Of a stretch of DNA of 64,000 nucleotides, positions 38,008 through 47,687 are shown one piece after another. The notes below the pieces were generated by a model. That model saw only the letters and a program-made list of their open reading frames with translations. It was not told where the DNA came from and did no database searches. Numbering within the stretch: the stretch's first letter is position 1; each line of letters begins with the position of its first letter. The translations under genes were made by a program, and so were the position numbers. This DNA is from Candidatus Sulfomarinibacteraceae bacterium (GTDB lineage: Bacteria; Acidobacteriota; Thermoanaerobaculia; Thermoanaerobaculales; Sulfomarinibacteraceae): assembly GCA_963796455.1 (NCBI GenBank), contig CAWCLO010000010.1, forward strand, positions 480,001 to 544,000. Reading direction: 5' to 3'.

Positions 38008-38868
38008 TCAGCGGGGTCTGATCGCGTCCTTGATCAGCGCGCTGGCCACATCGACCCCGGTCGCTTCCTCGAGACGGAGAAAGCCCGGGGTCGGGTTGAC
38101 CTCGATCACCACTGCTCCACCATCGGTGGGGACGATATCGACACCACACTGACCGAGACCCAGCGCCGCGGCCGCTTCGAGGGCGAGCCCTGTCTCTGAA
38201 ACATCCGGTTCGAAAGCATCGAAGGATCCGCCGCGCGCGGCATTCGAGCGCCACTCACCTTCCGCTGCGTGGAACCGTGCAGCCGCCACCAGACGGCCTC
38301 CGGCCACGAGCAGCCGGTGGCTCGTCGCGCCACGTTCGAGCCATCGCTGGACGATGACCTCGTCGCCTATTCTCCACAGGGAGTCCAGAACCGCCTCGAG
38401 ATGGTCTCGGCTGCGGCAGAGAATCACCCCGACGCCCATCCGCGACCGGCGTTGTTTGACCACCACGGGCAAGCCCAACTCTCGGATAGCGGCGTCGGCC
38501 ATCACCTCGGGTTCCAAACCGGCGATCGTCTCGGGAACCGGAAGCCCGGCGGCAGCCAGGACCCGTACGGTCTGCCAGTGGTCTCTGCCACACCGAATGG
38601 CGGCCGGAGGATTTGGAGTTGCCACACCACTGCTCAGCAGCGACTCCAGGATCGCCAACATACTCTCGGGGCGCCAGTTTCCGATTCTGGCCAGGACCAC
38701 GTCGGCACCGTCCGCGACTCCCCCGGGTCGGCACCGATCTGTATCGAGGATTGCGGTACAGGAGGTCGCATCAACGAGCTCGGCGTCAACATCGAGGGCA
38801 GAAGCCGCCTCGACGAGGCGCTTGTTGGCGGCCACGGACGGACGGGCGGTCAAAATCAGCACACGCAT
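38008..38868 (-). CDS. RimK/LysX family ATP-grasp ligase
   Basis: GLPVPET, PVVVK, EWRSNAARGG, GVDI, IEVNPTPG. Confidence 0.85.
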   Translation of the reverse strand: MRVLILTARPSVAANKRLVEAASALDVDAELVDATSCTAILDTDRCRPGGVADGADVVLARIGNWRPESMLAILESLLSSGVATPNPPAAIRCGRDHWQTVRVLAAAGLPVPETIAGLEPEVMADAAIRELGLPVVVKQRRSRMGVGVILCRSRDHLEAVLDSLWRIGDEVIVQRWLERGATSHRLLVAGGRLVAAARFHAAEGEWRSNAARGGSFDAFEPDVSETGLALEAAAALGLGQCGVDIVPTDGGAVVIEVNPTPGFLRLEEATGVDVASALIKDAIRPR

Positions 38869-38904
38869 CACGTTATGGTACCGCAAAGAGCGCGGGGTGA
38901 TCCC

Positions 38905-41088
38905 TCAGCTCGCCTCTTGCGGCAAGGACAGGACAACTTCCGTGCCCTCCCCGAGGGTGCTGTCGATGGCGATCGAACCGCCATGGTTCTCGACCACACG
39001 CTGGGCGATTGCGAGACCGAGGCCGATGCCGTAGCGCTTGCCGGCATCCGTGTCGTCCCCCTGCCAGAACGCCTGAAAGACGTTCTCGAGATCAGCCTCT
39101 GCGATGCCCGATCCGGTGTCGCTGACCCGCAGCTGCAACCAGGGCTCTTTTCCGCGCACCACCCGCCGCACCTCGAGTTTCACCTCGCCGTCCTGACGGT
39201 TGAATTCGATGCCGTTTTTTATCACCGCCCGAAGGGCGGCCTCGGTGCTCTCGGGTTCGCAGAAGACCGAATCGAGCCCGCTCGGGATGAGAATTTGAAG
39301 CCGGACCTTCCGGGAATTCGCCAGATCACGGATCGGGGCCAGGGTCTTGCGGATGAGGTCCTGGATCGGAACCTGCTGCCGTTCGATCTTCCCCGCTTCT
39401 GCGGTGAGCACTTTGGCCTGAAATACGCTCTGAATCATTTCGAGGAGCTTTTCGGCCTCATCGTGCATTACCGTGACAAGCCGGGTCTTTTTGTCATCGG
39501 GTGCGTCCTTCTCACGATCGAGAATCTTGGCCGCCGTGAACAAAGAGGTGACCGGCGTGCGAAATTCCAAAGAGAGTCGATTGATGAGCTCGTTTTTTAC
39601 TTTGTCGAGCGCTTCGAGACCGCGATAGGCATTCTCCAGCAGTTCCTTTTTCTCGGCCAGGTCCTTGGCCAACCCGCGGCTCTCGGCAAGTGTCCTGCGA
39701 AGCTCGTTCGTGCGTTCTTCGACCTGCGCCTCGAGGCCGCGGCTGAAGTCCTCCATCTGGCGCCAGGCAATGGCGTTGGCATAACCCATGGCGGCTGTGG
39801 ATCCGAGGACCGTCGCAAGTTGGAGATCGTCCTCATCCAAACTCGCGCGATCGGCATCACCATAGGCACTCAAGAGCCCAACCACTTTTTCCTGGGTCAT
39901 GAGCGGGATCACGAGCGCCGAGCTGTATCCGGCACCCTCCACCGCCGCCAGAAGCTCGGAATCGCGCTCTTCGCCGATCTCTCTGGCAAGAAGCCGCGGC
40001 TGCCGGCCATCCAGAAGGGTCCCGGCCAGGGTCCCCTCCTCACCATCCGCCGTCTCCAGGAATGGGTCCTTTTTGAAACCGTGAACCACCGCCTCGCGCA
40101 GCTCGCCCGAACCCGGAATGATGAGCACCGAGGCACCCTGAACCTGGAGCAGACGAATAGCATCGGTGATCAAACGGCGCAGGACCTTCGCCGGGTCGCG
40201 TTCGTTGCTGACTGCTCGACCGAACTCCGAGATGCTGTCCATGATCCGGACCTTGCGGTCGAGTTGCCGGCTGAGGTTATCGAGCCGGGTATTGAGGTCG
40301 GTCATCGCCATGTTGGCCCGAACCGCCTCAGAGACCAGGGTCTCCTCGCTCAAGGCCTTGTCAGCGGCAATTGTCTGCTCGGAAACCGTCACCTCGACAT
40401 CGTCGGGTTCGCGCCGGTTTTCGTCATCCCCCATAAAGGGCCGCATCGCATGACGCATCTGTTGTTGCAGGCGCTCGATGGCCTGCGGATTGGTACCGAC
40501 TCCCAGCTTGTCGGCCACCGACGCCAGGGTCCGTTCGCCAATCTTGGCAAAGGCATCAAGGACCCCCTCGCCGGTGATCGCCACGGTCGGAAAGGAGGGG
40601 TACTTTTCGATATTGAGGGCGGATTCCATATCGACTATGGGCATGATCGGGTCGAGATCGCGTTTGTTGTACTGCAGCACCAGCGGCACCGCGCGTCGGT
40701 CAAGACCGTTGGCCGACATGTTCTCCCACAGATTCGCCAGGGCGTCCCTGTTTGCCTGCTCCTGGTCGGTCTGTGAGTCCGCAACAAAAACGATACCGTC
40801 CGCACCCGCGAGAACGGTTCGTCGGGTGGCGTTGTACTGAACCTGACCGGGCACCGTATACAACTGGAGCGCCAGGCGATAACCCCGAATCCGACCGAGA
40901 TTGAGCGACAGGAGATCGAAAAAGAGGGTGCGATCGGCGGCGGTGTTCAACGAATAGAGCTTTGTCCGCCGTTGCGGGTCGGTCACCTTGTGGATATGTT
41001 GCAGACAGGTGGTCTTACCGCCGACGGCGGGACCATAATAGACAACTTTGATTTTTATCTGTCGATACTGATTGTCAAACTGGACCAT
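38905..41088 (-). CDS. MglA-type small GTPase fused to GAF and a histidine-kinase-like module lacking the phospho-His
   Basis: KVVYYGPAVGGKTT, DRTLFFD, TVPGQ, NKRD; GAF; coiled coil; H-box SLEFRTP; HATPase NG, DTGSGI, GIGLGL. Confidence 0.92.
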   Translation of the reverse strand: MVQFDNQYRQIKIKVVYYGPAVGGKTTCLQHIHKVTDPQRRTKLYSLNTAADRTLFFDLLSLNLGRIRGYRLALQLYTVPGQVQYNATRRTVLAGADGIVFVADSQTDQEQANRDALANLWENMSANGLDRRAVPLVLQYNKRDLDPIMPIVDMESALNIEKYPSFPTVAITGEGVLDAFAKIGERTLASVADKLGVGTNPQAIERLQQQMRHAMRPFMGDDENRREPDDVEVTVSEQTIAADKALSEETLVSEAVRANMAMTDLNTRLDNLSRQLDRKVRIMDSISEFGRAVSNERDPAKVLRRLITDAIRLLQVQGASVLIIPGSGELREAVVHGFKKDPFLETADGEEGTLAGTLLDGRQPRLLAREIGEERDSELLAAVEGAGYSSALVIPLMTQEKVVGLLSAYGDADRASLDEDDLQLATVLGSTAAMGYANAIAWRQMEDFSRGLEAQVEERTNELRRTLAESRGLAKDLAEKKELLENAYRGLEALDKVKNELINRLSLEFRTPVTSLFTAAKILDREKDAPDDKKTRLVTVMHDEAEKLLEMIQSVFQAKVLTAEAGKIERQQVPIQDLIRKTLAPIRDLANSRKVRLQILIPSGLDSVFCEPESTEAALRAVIKNGIEFNRQDGEVKLEVRRVVRGKEPWLQLRVSDTGSGIAEADLENVFQAFWQGDDTDAGKRYGIGLGLAIAQRVVENHGGSIAIDSTLGEGTEVVLSLPQEAS

Positions 41089-41209
41089 GGGCCTCCCCAG
41101 CCTGGACAACCATTATGAATCGACTGCTGGTTTAAAACCAGTGGGAAAAAGAAACCGCCTCAAGAGCCGGTTGACGAAGCCTGCCGGCTCCGCCGCGAAT
41201 TCCGGCCCG

Positions 41210-42142
41210 TCAGCGGGGGAGCCCCGCTCCGGGTGGCACCCGCGGCGCGAACTTGACCGGCGAACCCCTTTTGGGGGTCGAGGGTCGATCAGCAGACGAC
41301 GGGCCCTCCTTCTTGGTCGCAGCGCCTACAGTCGATGCCTCGGCAAAGAAAAAGCTCGCGTCGCCGGTCGCCTCATCAATCACCGTTGCATAGGGGAAGA
41401 TGAGAACATCATCCGGGCCATCCTCAACATAAAACACCAGGCTCCCTCCGGTCATCTCGGGATCAAGGCTTCGCTGGGTGTGACCAAAGGGCGGCACATC
41501 AAAGGTCTCGGAAGCGATGATGGAGCCATCGCTGTCTTGGATGTCGAGGTGAACGACGGTCCAATCGACCGTCCACGAGGCGACACCGACGTTGCAGCGA
41601 AAAAATTGGCCATCGTTGAGGATTCCAGCGGCATAACTGAGTGTCGACCAGTCACCGGCGCGCTCGACCACCGTACCCGGCACCGCGAGACCGAACTCTC
41701 CCCCACCTTCGCCCGGCGCCAGGGTATAGGTCCGGGAAGTGACCAGAAAGTGACACTCCTCGATGGGGTCGCAACGCAGCGACGGGTCCGCATAGGCGAG
41801 GATGGCGGCGGTTTCCTCGAGATCGAATCCATCTGGGCCGAGGACGTCCCACAGATTGAAGGTTTCCCAGGCTGCGAGGGTGATCGTCATGGTTGGGACT
41901 TCGTGGTTGACAGCATCGGATGGGAGCGCCTGAACCACGACCGGGAGTTCAAAATCGTGGGGGTTGTGGAGCGACAGGTCCGTCCGCCAAAACGTGCCCC
42001 GCTGACCGGCATTGTGAGCGGCTGCAGGAATCATCCAGTCGGTGGTCAGCTGGGCCCAAAGCGAAACCGGCGTCAGTGCGGCCGCCATAACCACCAGACC
42101 ACCAAGTATGCTCGAACACTTCATCGAAACCTCCACAGTCAT
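41210..42142 (-). CDS. Secreted hypothetical protein
   Basis: Signal peptide; IPAAAH..G..GTFWRTDL.L.NP, SRTY, RCNVG, YATVID..TGD, which I recall as common in Thermoanaerobaculia surface proteins. Confidence 0.75.
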   Translation of the reverse strand: MTVEVSMKCSSILGGLVVMAAALTPVSLWAQLTTDWMIPAAAHNAGQRGTFWRTDLSLHNPHDFELPVVVQALPSDAVNHEVPTMTITLAAWETFNLWDVLGPDGFDLEETAAILAYADPSLRCDPIEECHFLVTSRTYTLAPGEGGGEFGLAVPGTVVERAGDWSTLSYAAGILNDGQFFRCNVGVASWTVDWTVVHLDIQDSDGSIIASETFDVPPFGHTQRSLDPEMTGGSLVFYVEDGPDDVLIFPYATVIDEATGDASFFFAEASTVGAATKKEGPSSADRPSTPKRGSPVKFAPRVPPGAGLPR

Positions 42143-42301
42143 TGATTCCGCAACATCCGTGCCACGATTACCGCCGTGTCCGACGCTCAGGACGATCCGT
42201 CGACCCCGAAAGCGTCCCCTGGAGAGGACACAGACAGTTGGTAAGGACGCGCTGGAGTCTCGAGACGACGGGAAGCCCTCTATACTCGAAAATGGGGTTT
42301 T

Positions 42302-42865
42302 GTGAGGCTTTCGGGCGGTTTCCTTCTGTTGTCGCTGATCGCGGTGGGTTTCGTGCTCTATCTCGTCAAGCTCGACATCGACTCGAGCTTGAACGCGGTG
42401 ACCGTGGTTGCCTCAGATCTCCGCGAGGAAGGTGTGACCGGCGCTGTTTTCGAAGTGGACACGGCCCGCCAGATGATCTTTGCGATGGAGGGGCTGGTGG
42501 ATGATCCCGCCGGAATAACCGACCACACCGAAGATCTCCAGACATTTTCGGCCACAGCCGCCTCGTGGGCTTCGATCGCACCGGTTGCGAGCCCCGAGTT
42601 GCACGCCGCAGTCATGCTTCGCCGTGCCGCCGGCGCCCTTCGATCCTACGCAATGGCTCCCTCGGAGCGGCATCTCGTGACAGCAAATCGTTGCCTCGCG
42701 GCCGCCACCACGACCCTCAACGGCCAAGCTTCGTCATCAGCGGGGGGTTCTGCTTCGGGCCCCGGTCTCGCAGTCGGGGCGATCCGGGACCAGATCGAAA
42801 ACCTCGAACAGGCCCATCAGGAACGCATCCAAGAGGTTGACGAGGAACTCAAAGAGAAAGATTGA
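42302..42865 (+). CDS. Hypothetical protein with N-terminal membrane anchor
   Basis: N-terminal TM, helical body; TATACT upstream. Confidence 0.65.
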   Translation: MRLSGGFLLLSLIAVGFVLYLVKLDIDSSLNAVTVVASDLREEGVTGAVFEVDTARQMIFAMEGLVDDPAGITDHTEDLQTFSATAASWASIAPVASPELHAAVMLRRAAGALRSYAMAPSERHLVTANRCLAAATTTLNGQASSSAGGSASGPGLAVGAIRDQIENLEQAHQERIQEVDEELKEKD

Positions 42866-43220
42866 CACCATCGATCACATCGGCAGCGAGGTTGGTCCTG
42901 GTGACACGGCCACAACCAGCCGACTGGGCGGCTCTCGCCAGGATCGCGAGCCACCGCTGCACCGCAGGCGTGCGCTCCGTCGGTGCCAGCCGCCACAGTC
43001 TCAGGGTGGTTTCCTCGCGGCTTTTGGAGATGACAGCGACCGGGTGAAGTGGTCGAGAGTGCTCCACGACCACCCCCTCTGCAAGAAGCGCCAATCCGTC
43101 CGAGCGGAACCACATTTCTTCGGTTTTAAGCACCGCCACACCCCAACGATGGGCGTCCCTCGGTACGGTTGCCACCAGTACTTCGAAGTCGGCCTCCCCC
43201 TCGAGAATCAGATGCGGCAT
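42849..43220 (-). CDS. Hypothetical protein
   Basis: ATG 43220 overlaps the yjbQ stop; MPHLILEGEADFEVL... Confidence 0.65.
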   Translation of the reverse strand: MPHLILEGEADFEVLVATVPRDAHRWGVAVLKTEEMWFRSDGLALLAEGVVVEHSRPLHPVAVISKSREETTLRLWRLAPTERTPAVQRWLAILARAAQSAGCGRVTRTNLAADVIDGVNLSL

Positions 43221-43696
43221 CAGGCTTCGCCTCCCGTGCTGCCAACAAAGGAGAACACCACCCTTCGTTGTCGTGCATTGAGGTCGCATTCCACCAGGAC
43301 GATTTGTTGCCAGGTTCCCAGAACACACGATCCCGCCGCTACCGGCACCGTCAAGGATGGTCCCATCAAGGCCGCACGGAGGTGTGAGAAGCCGTTGCCG
43401 TCTCCCCATCGCAGATCGTGGTGATACTCGCGATCGCTTGGGGCGATTCGTTCCAGCGCCAAACCGAGGTCACGAACAGCCCCCGGCTCGAACTCGATCG
43501 TGGTGACAGCTGCGGTCGAACCAGGAACAAACACCGTCAGTTGACCGTCTTCAGCACCAATGGACTGCAACCATTGGATCGAAAGGGGGCTGAGATCGAT
43601 GACATGGCCATGGCCATCACTGTGAATCACTGTTTCGTGCCGAAGCGCCCTCATGCCTGCAGTATAGCTCGCACGGAAGTCCGAATTCGGTTCCAT
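43220..43696 (-). CDS. yjbQ: YjbQ (UPF0047) family protein
   Basis: VPGSTAAVTTIE, YHHD, NGFSHLRA, LGTWQQI. Confidence 0.93.
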   Translation of the reverse strand: MEPNSDFRASYTAGMRALRHETVIHSDGHGHVIDLSPLSIQWLQSIGAEDGQLTVFVPGSTAAVTTIEFEPGAVRDLGLALERIAPSDREYHHDLRWGDGNGFSHLRAALMGPSLTVPVAAGSCVLGTWQQIVLVECDLNARQRRVVFSFVGSTGGEA

Positions 43697-43733
43697 ATTC
43701 CCCCCCGGCTCATCCTCTGCTACCATACCCGCC

Positions 43734-44456
43734 GTGCGAACGGAGGGCGTGTTAGCCGCTGCGATTGAAGCGCTGGTGCCGAGCCTTTGTCCACATTGCG
43801 ATCAACCACTGCAAGGCGGAGATCGCGGTCTGTGCGGAGGCTGCTGGTCGGTGGTCATTCCCCGTGCCGGCGATGCTTGCCCCCGCTGCGGTCTCGAGGC
43901 CGCGGATCCTGGAGAGGGCTGCGTGGACTGCCTGAGAAAAAGCCCACCGCAATGCGCAACCGTGATCTGGGGCGAACACGACGGGGTCCTGCGAACCGCC
44001 GTTCTCGCCCTCAAACACGGGGCAAGAGACGAATTGGCGGAGCCTCTGGGCGCCCGTCTGGCTGCCGTCGTGGCGGCTGAAGAGTGGGCCTCGGAAATCG
44101 ACGTGGTCTGCCACGTGCCGTCGCACCCCTTGCGGCGTTTTCGACGACCCTGGCCGGCGGCAGAGCTCATCGCTTCGAGCGTGGCTCGGCGACTCGATCG
44201 CCCCAGGCGACCGATAATGCGGCGCCATGGTCTCAACCGCCAAACCGGAAAGACGAGCGCCCTCCGCAGAAAGCTGGACCGCGGCAGCTTTTCAGCCCGA
44301 GCCGCCGCCGGTAACCATCGGATCCTGGTGATCGACGACGTCACCACGACCGGAACCACCATCCGGCTTGCAGCCGAGGCGCTGACCCGCGCCGGAGCCA
44401 AAGCCGTCTTTTGCGCCGTGCTCGCCCAGACACCCGATGCGAGGAGAATGCCATGA
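43734..44456 (+). CDS. comF: ComF family (double zinc ribbon plus phosphoribosyltransferase)
   Basis: Four CxxC pairs; LVIDDVTTTGTT PRT motif. Confidence 0.9.
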   Translation: MRTEGVLAAAIEALVPSLCPHCDQPLQGGDRGLCGGCWSVVIPRAGDACPRCGLEAADPGEGCVDCLRKSPPQCATVIWGEHDGVLRTAVLALKHGARDELAEPLGARLAAVVAAEEWASEIDVVCHVPSHPLRRFRRPWPAAELIASSVARRLDRPRRPIMRRHGLNRQTGKTSALRRKLDRGSFSARAAAGNHRILVIDDVTTTGTTIRLAAEALTRAGAKAVFCAVLAQTPDARRMP

Positions 44457-45358
44457 GCCTTTTTGATGCTCTCGTGAAGTACGGGATGCCATTTGTACCG
44501 AAGCCGATCGTCGGCAAAGTGGCCAGCCGTTATGTGGCTGGGGAAACGATCGATTCTGCGATCGACACGCTTCGCAGCATGAATGCCGAGGGTGCGATGG
44601 GCACGGTGGACGTTTTGGGCGAGGAAGTCCACGAAAAAGCGAAAACTGAAAAGGCGGTTACTCAGTATCTCGATTTGCTCGAACGAATCGAGGCCGAAAA
44701 GATCGACGCCAACGTGTCGATCAAACCGACCATGTTGGGTCTCAAAATTGATCCGGATCTTGCCGCCGACAACGTCTCGAGGATCGTAGAGCGTGCCAGC
44801 AGCTTTTCCAATTTCGTCCGTATCGACATGGAGGACCACACCTGCACCGATGAAACCCTCGCGCTGTACCGGCGAGTGGTCGCAGATTTTCCTTCCTCGG
44901 TCGGGGTCGTCCTCCAGGCATATCTCCACCGGACCACTTCCGATATCGAGAGCCTCCTGGAACTCAAACCGAATATTCGCATCTGCAAGGGCATCTACCG
45001 CGAGCCTCGAGCGATCGCGTGGAAGCAGTACGAGACGGTGCGTGAAAACTTCATCGACCACCTGGAGAAACTGCTCGCTGGAGGGGCCTACGTCGGAATT
45101 GCCACCCATGATCCTTATCTGGTGCGGGCCGGCATGAACGCTGTCGACCGGCTCGGCCTCAAACCCGAAGAGTACGAATTTCAGATGCTGCTCGGGGTCG
45201 ATCCCGAACTTCGGAAGATCATTCTTTCAAATGGACACCGGCTCCGGGTCTACGTGCCCTACGGACAGGACTGGTATCCATATTCGATTCGACGCCTGCG
45301 CGAAAACCCCTCGGTCGCACACCATGTCATTCGAGCCATGTTGACCCGGGGACGTTGA
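44453..45358 (+). CDS. Monofunctional proline dehydrogenase
   Basis: RYVAGET, RIDME, LQAYL, RICKGIY, IATHD, EFQMLLG, YSIRRLRE. Confidence 0.95.
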   Translation: MSLFDALVKYGMPFVPKPIVGKVASRYVAGETIDSAIDTLRSMNAEGAMGTVDVLGEEVHEKAKTEKAVTQYLDLLERIEAEKIDANVSIKPTMLGLKIDPDLAADNVSRIVERASSFSNFVRIDMEDHTCTDETLALYRRVVADFPSSVGVVLQAYLHRTTSDIESLLELKPNIRICKGIYREPRAIAWKQYETVRENFIDHLEKLLAGGAYVGIATHDPYLVRAGMNAVDRLGLKPEEYEFQMLLGVDPELRKIILSNGHRLRVYVPYGQDWYPYSIRRLRENPSVAHHVIRAMLTRGR

Positions 45359-45505
45359 CCTTTCGTGACCGAGGGACGGAATACACCGCGTTCTCATCCG
45401 TAGTGTCTGATGGATGGAGCGTGCCTTGGATGACGCTCAAGCGTTGAGGACGCATCAAAAACCGGGTATGCTCTGAGCGCGTGCAACTGCACAACGGAGG
45501 CAAAC

Positions 45506-46441
45506 ATGAAGAATCCGTACTTGAAGAAAGCCCTCATCCTATTCACCGTATTGACGATTTCCGGTCTTGCCCAGGCCGGTATGCAGGCGAGAATCGGCGG
45601 CCAGGTCAGGGACATGCAGGGCAACCCGATTCCCGACGCCGTGATCACGATCACGACCGGTGACATGGCCTACGAGAAGGTGATCAACACCGACAAAAAA
45701 GGCAAATGGAAAGCGGCCATCATCGATGCGACCAAGAACTACAAGCTGCTGGTCGAAGCCAATGGTTACCAGCCCCAGCAGCGGCCGTTCAAGGTCATGG
45801 TGGGCTCGTCGGACAATGTCTTCGATTTTGAACTCATGACCGCAGCCGAGGCCGAGGCGGCGACCCAGAAAGACTATCTCCAGCAACCGGGATACAAAGA
45901 ATTTGCAGAAGCCCGGGAGGCCTATAAAAAGGGTGACATGGACGGGGCCAAGGCGTTGCTCGAAAAAGCCTTGGATGAAATACCAGATCTGGTCCAGGCT
46001 GCCGCGATGCTCGGAGAGCTCCACTACAAAGACGGCGATATGGAGAAGGCGCTCGAAGTGGCCGAGGAATGCCTCGAGGAAGACGAAGAGTACATTGAGT
46101 GTGTTGCCATCGCAGCAAATGCCAGCCGTGCGCTCGGTGACGATGCGGGCCATGCAGAATACATGGCGCTTTACCAGGATCTGAACCCCGACGACCCGTC
46201 GATTCTCTACAACGAAGCAGCAGTCCACCTCAACAAGCTCGATGACGACGGAGCTCGCCCGTTGCTCGAAAAGTGCCTCGAGGTCGACCCCGATTATTCT
46301 GCGTGCCACTTTGAATACGGCATGCTGCTGTTGCGCACGGGCGATATGGAAGGGGCCAAGAGCCACCTCGAAAAGTATCTCGAGGTTTCCCCCGACGGTC
46401 GCGATGCAAGCACCGCACAGGAGACCCTCAAATACCTCTGA
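45506..46441 (+). CDS. Secreted carboxypeptidase-regulatory-like domain plus TPR protein
   Basis: Signal peptide; G.VRD.QGNPIPDA.I..TDKKG; C-terminal TPRs. Confidence 0.85.
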   Translation: MKNPYLKKALILFTVLTISGLAQAGMQARIGGQVRDMQGNPIPDAVITITTGDMAYEKVINTDKKGKWKAAIIDATKNYKLLVEANGYQPQQRPFKVMVGSSDNVFDFELMTAAEAEAATQKDYLQQPGYKEFAEAREAYKKGDMDGAKALLEKALDEIPDLVQAAAMLGELHYKDGDMEKALEVAEECLEEDEEYIECVAIAANASRALGDDAGHAEYMALYQDLNPDDPSILYNEAAVHLNKLDDDGARPLLEKCLEVDPDYSACHFEYGMLLLRTGDMEGAKSHLEKYLEVSPDGRDASTAQETLKYL

Positions 46442-46475
46442 CAAGCTCCCTATACGGAGTCAGTCGAGGGCCGGT

Positions 46476-47099
46476 ATGAAAACCCTGTGTATTGGCGTGG
46501 CCGGCGGAACCGGGTCGGGCAAAACGACGGTTGCGGATGAGATCGTCCGAAGAGTCGGGCGCGAACGTATCGTCACCGTCAACCAGGACCGCTACTACCA
46601 CAATCTCGCCCACCTCGATGAGCCGCAACGGATCCATCACAACTTCGATCACCCTGCAGCCATTGAGGAAGGACTTCTGGTTGACCACGTGCGCTCACTC
46701 AAGGCGGGCCAACAGGCGCGGCTCCCAGTCTATGATTTTGCGCGTCACGTGCGGTGCGAAGAAACGGAAGACCTCGAAGCCCGACCGGTGATTCTCATCG
46801 AGGGAATCCTGATACTCGCGATTCCGGCGCTCCGCGATCTGCTCGACGTCAAAATCTTTGTCGACACCGACGCCGATATCCGCTTTATCCGGCGTCTCGA
46901 ACGCGACATGCGCGAACGTGCTCGCACGGTCGAGAGCGTGGTCACCCAATATGTCGCCACGGTGCGGCCGATGCACCTCGAATTTGTCGAGCCGTCGAAG
47001 AGGTGGGCGGATGTGATCATTCCGGAGGGCGGTTTCAATACCGTCGCACTGGATCTCGTCATCAGCCGGGTGCTTCAGATGCTGCGCGACGACGACTGA
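46476..47099 (+). CDS. udk: Uridine kinase
   Basis: GVAGGTGSGKTT, NFDHP, IEGIL, RRLERD, ADVIIP. Confidence 0.96.
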   Translation: MKTLCIGVAGGTGSGKTTVADEIVRRVGRERIVTVNQDRYYHNLAHLDEPQRIHHNFDHPAAIEEGLLVDHVRSLKAGQQARLPVYDFARHVRCEETEDLEARPVILIEGILILAIPALRDLLDVKIFVDTDADIRFIRRLERDMRERARTVESVVTQYVATVRPMHLEFVEPSKRWADVIIPEGGFNTVALDLVISRVLQMLRDDD

Positions 47100-47175
47100 G
47101 CAGCGGACTACGACCACGACGCTCCATCCCCACCGGGGGGGGGTCCACGGCCGGAGGCAGGTCAAAGCTTCGAAA

Positions 47176-47511
47176 TCAGCGCGCCGGCGGTGGCCGACGG
47201 CGGCGACGGGACCGAAGCTCCTCCTCTTTGAACATGAATTTGACAGAATGTTTGAAAAGCAGCAGATTCGGAGCATCAACCCGATTCAACTTGATGCAGG
47301 TCTTGTCGTACCACTCGATCCAGCCCTTGAGCTCCGTACCATCGGTCAGCACCACCACCATGGCGGTACGGTTTTGCATCTGTTTGAGATAATAAAAGCC
47401 CTCTGCGTTTGTCTGTTCGGCGGGCACCTGTTTGCGGCGGCCGGTGGTTCGGGTAGGGAATTTTTCCATCATTTCATTCATCGAGGGTCGGATCAGTTTA
47501 CGATCGGACAT
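47176..47511 (-). CDS. hfq: Hfq/Sm-like RNA chaperone (divergent)
   Basis: MVVVLTDGTELKGWIEWYD (Sm1), LLFKHSV (Sm2); Arg-rich tail. Confidence 0.78.
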   Translation of the reverse strand: MSDRKLIRPSMNEMMEKFPTRTTGRRKQVPAEQTNAEGFYYLKQMQNRTAMVVVLTDGTELKGWIEWYDKTCIKLNRVDAPNLLLFKHSVKFMFKEEELRSRRRRRPPPAR

Positions 47512-47687
47512 GAAGATCTCCTCACGCCCCATGCTGTGCGGCCGCAAAATTCCGGAAGCATGAAGTCGGCTGGTTCTCGCTAAAGGTTATCAGATCCACA
47601 GTGGAGTGTCTTGCCGTGGAAATAGGCGCGAAACCGGGTTTTCTCGCTGCCAAGAGCGGCGTGCCGCCTGGCTGCTATCTTCACCGG

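Noticed and set aside
38269..40776. 835-aa plus-strand ORF
   Set aside because: Antisense shadow of the RimK-like and MglA-fusion genes; no recognisable motifs.
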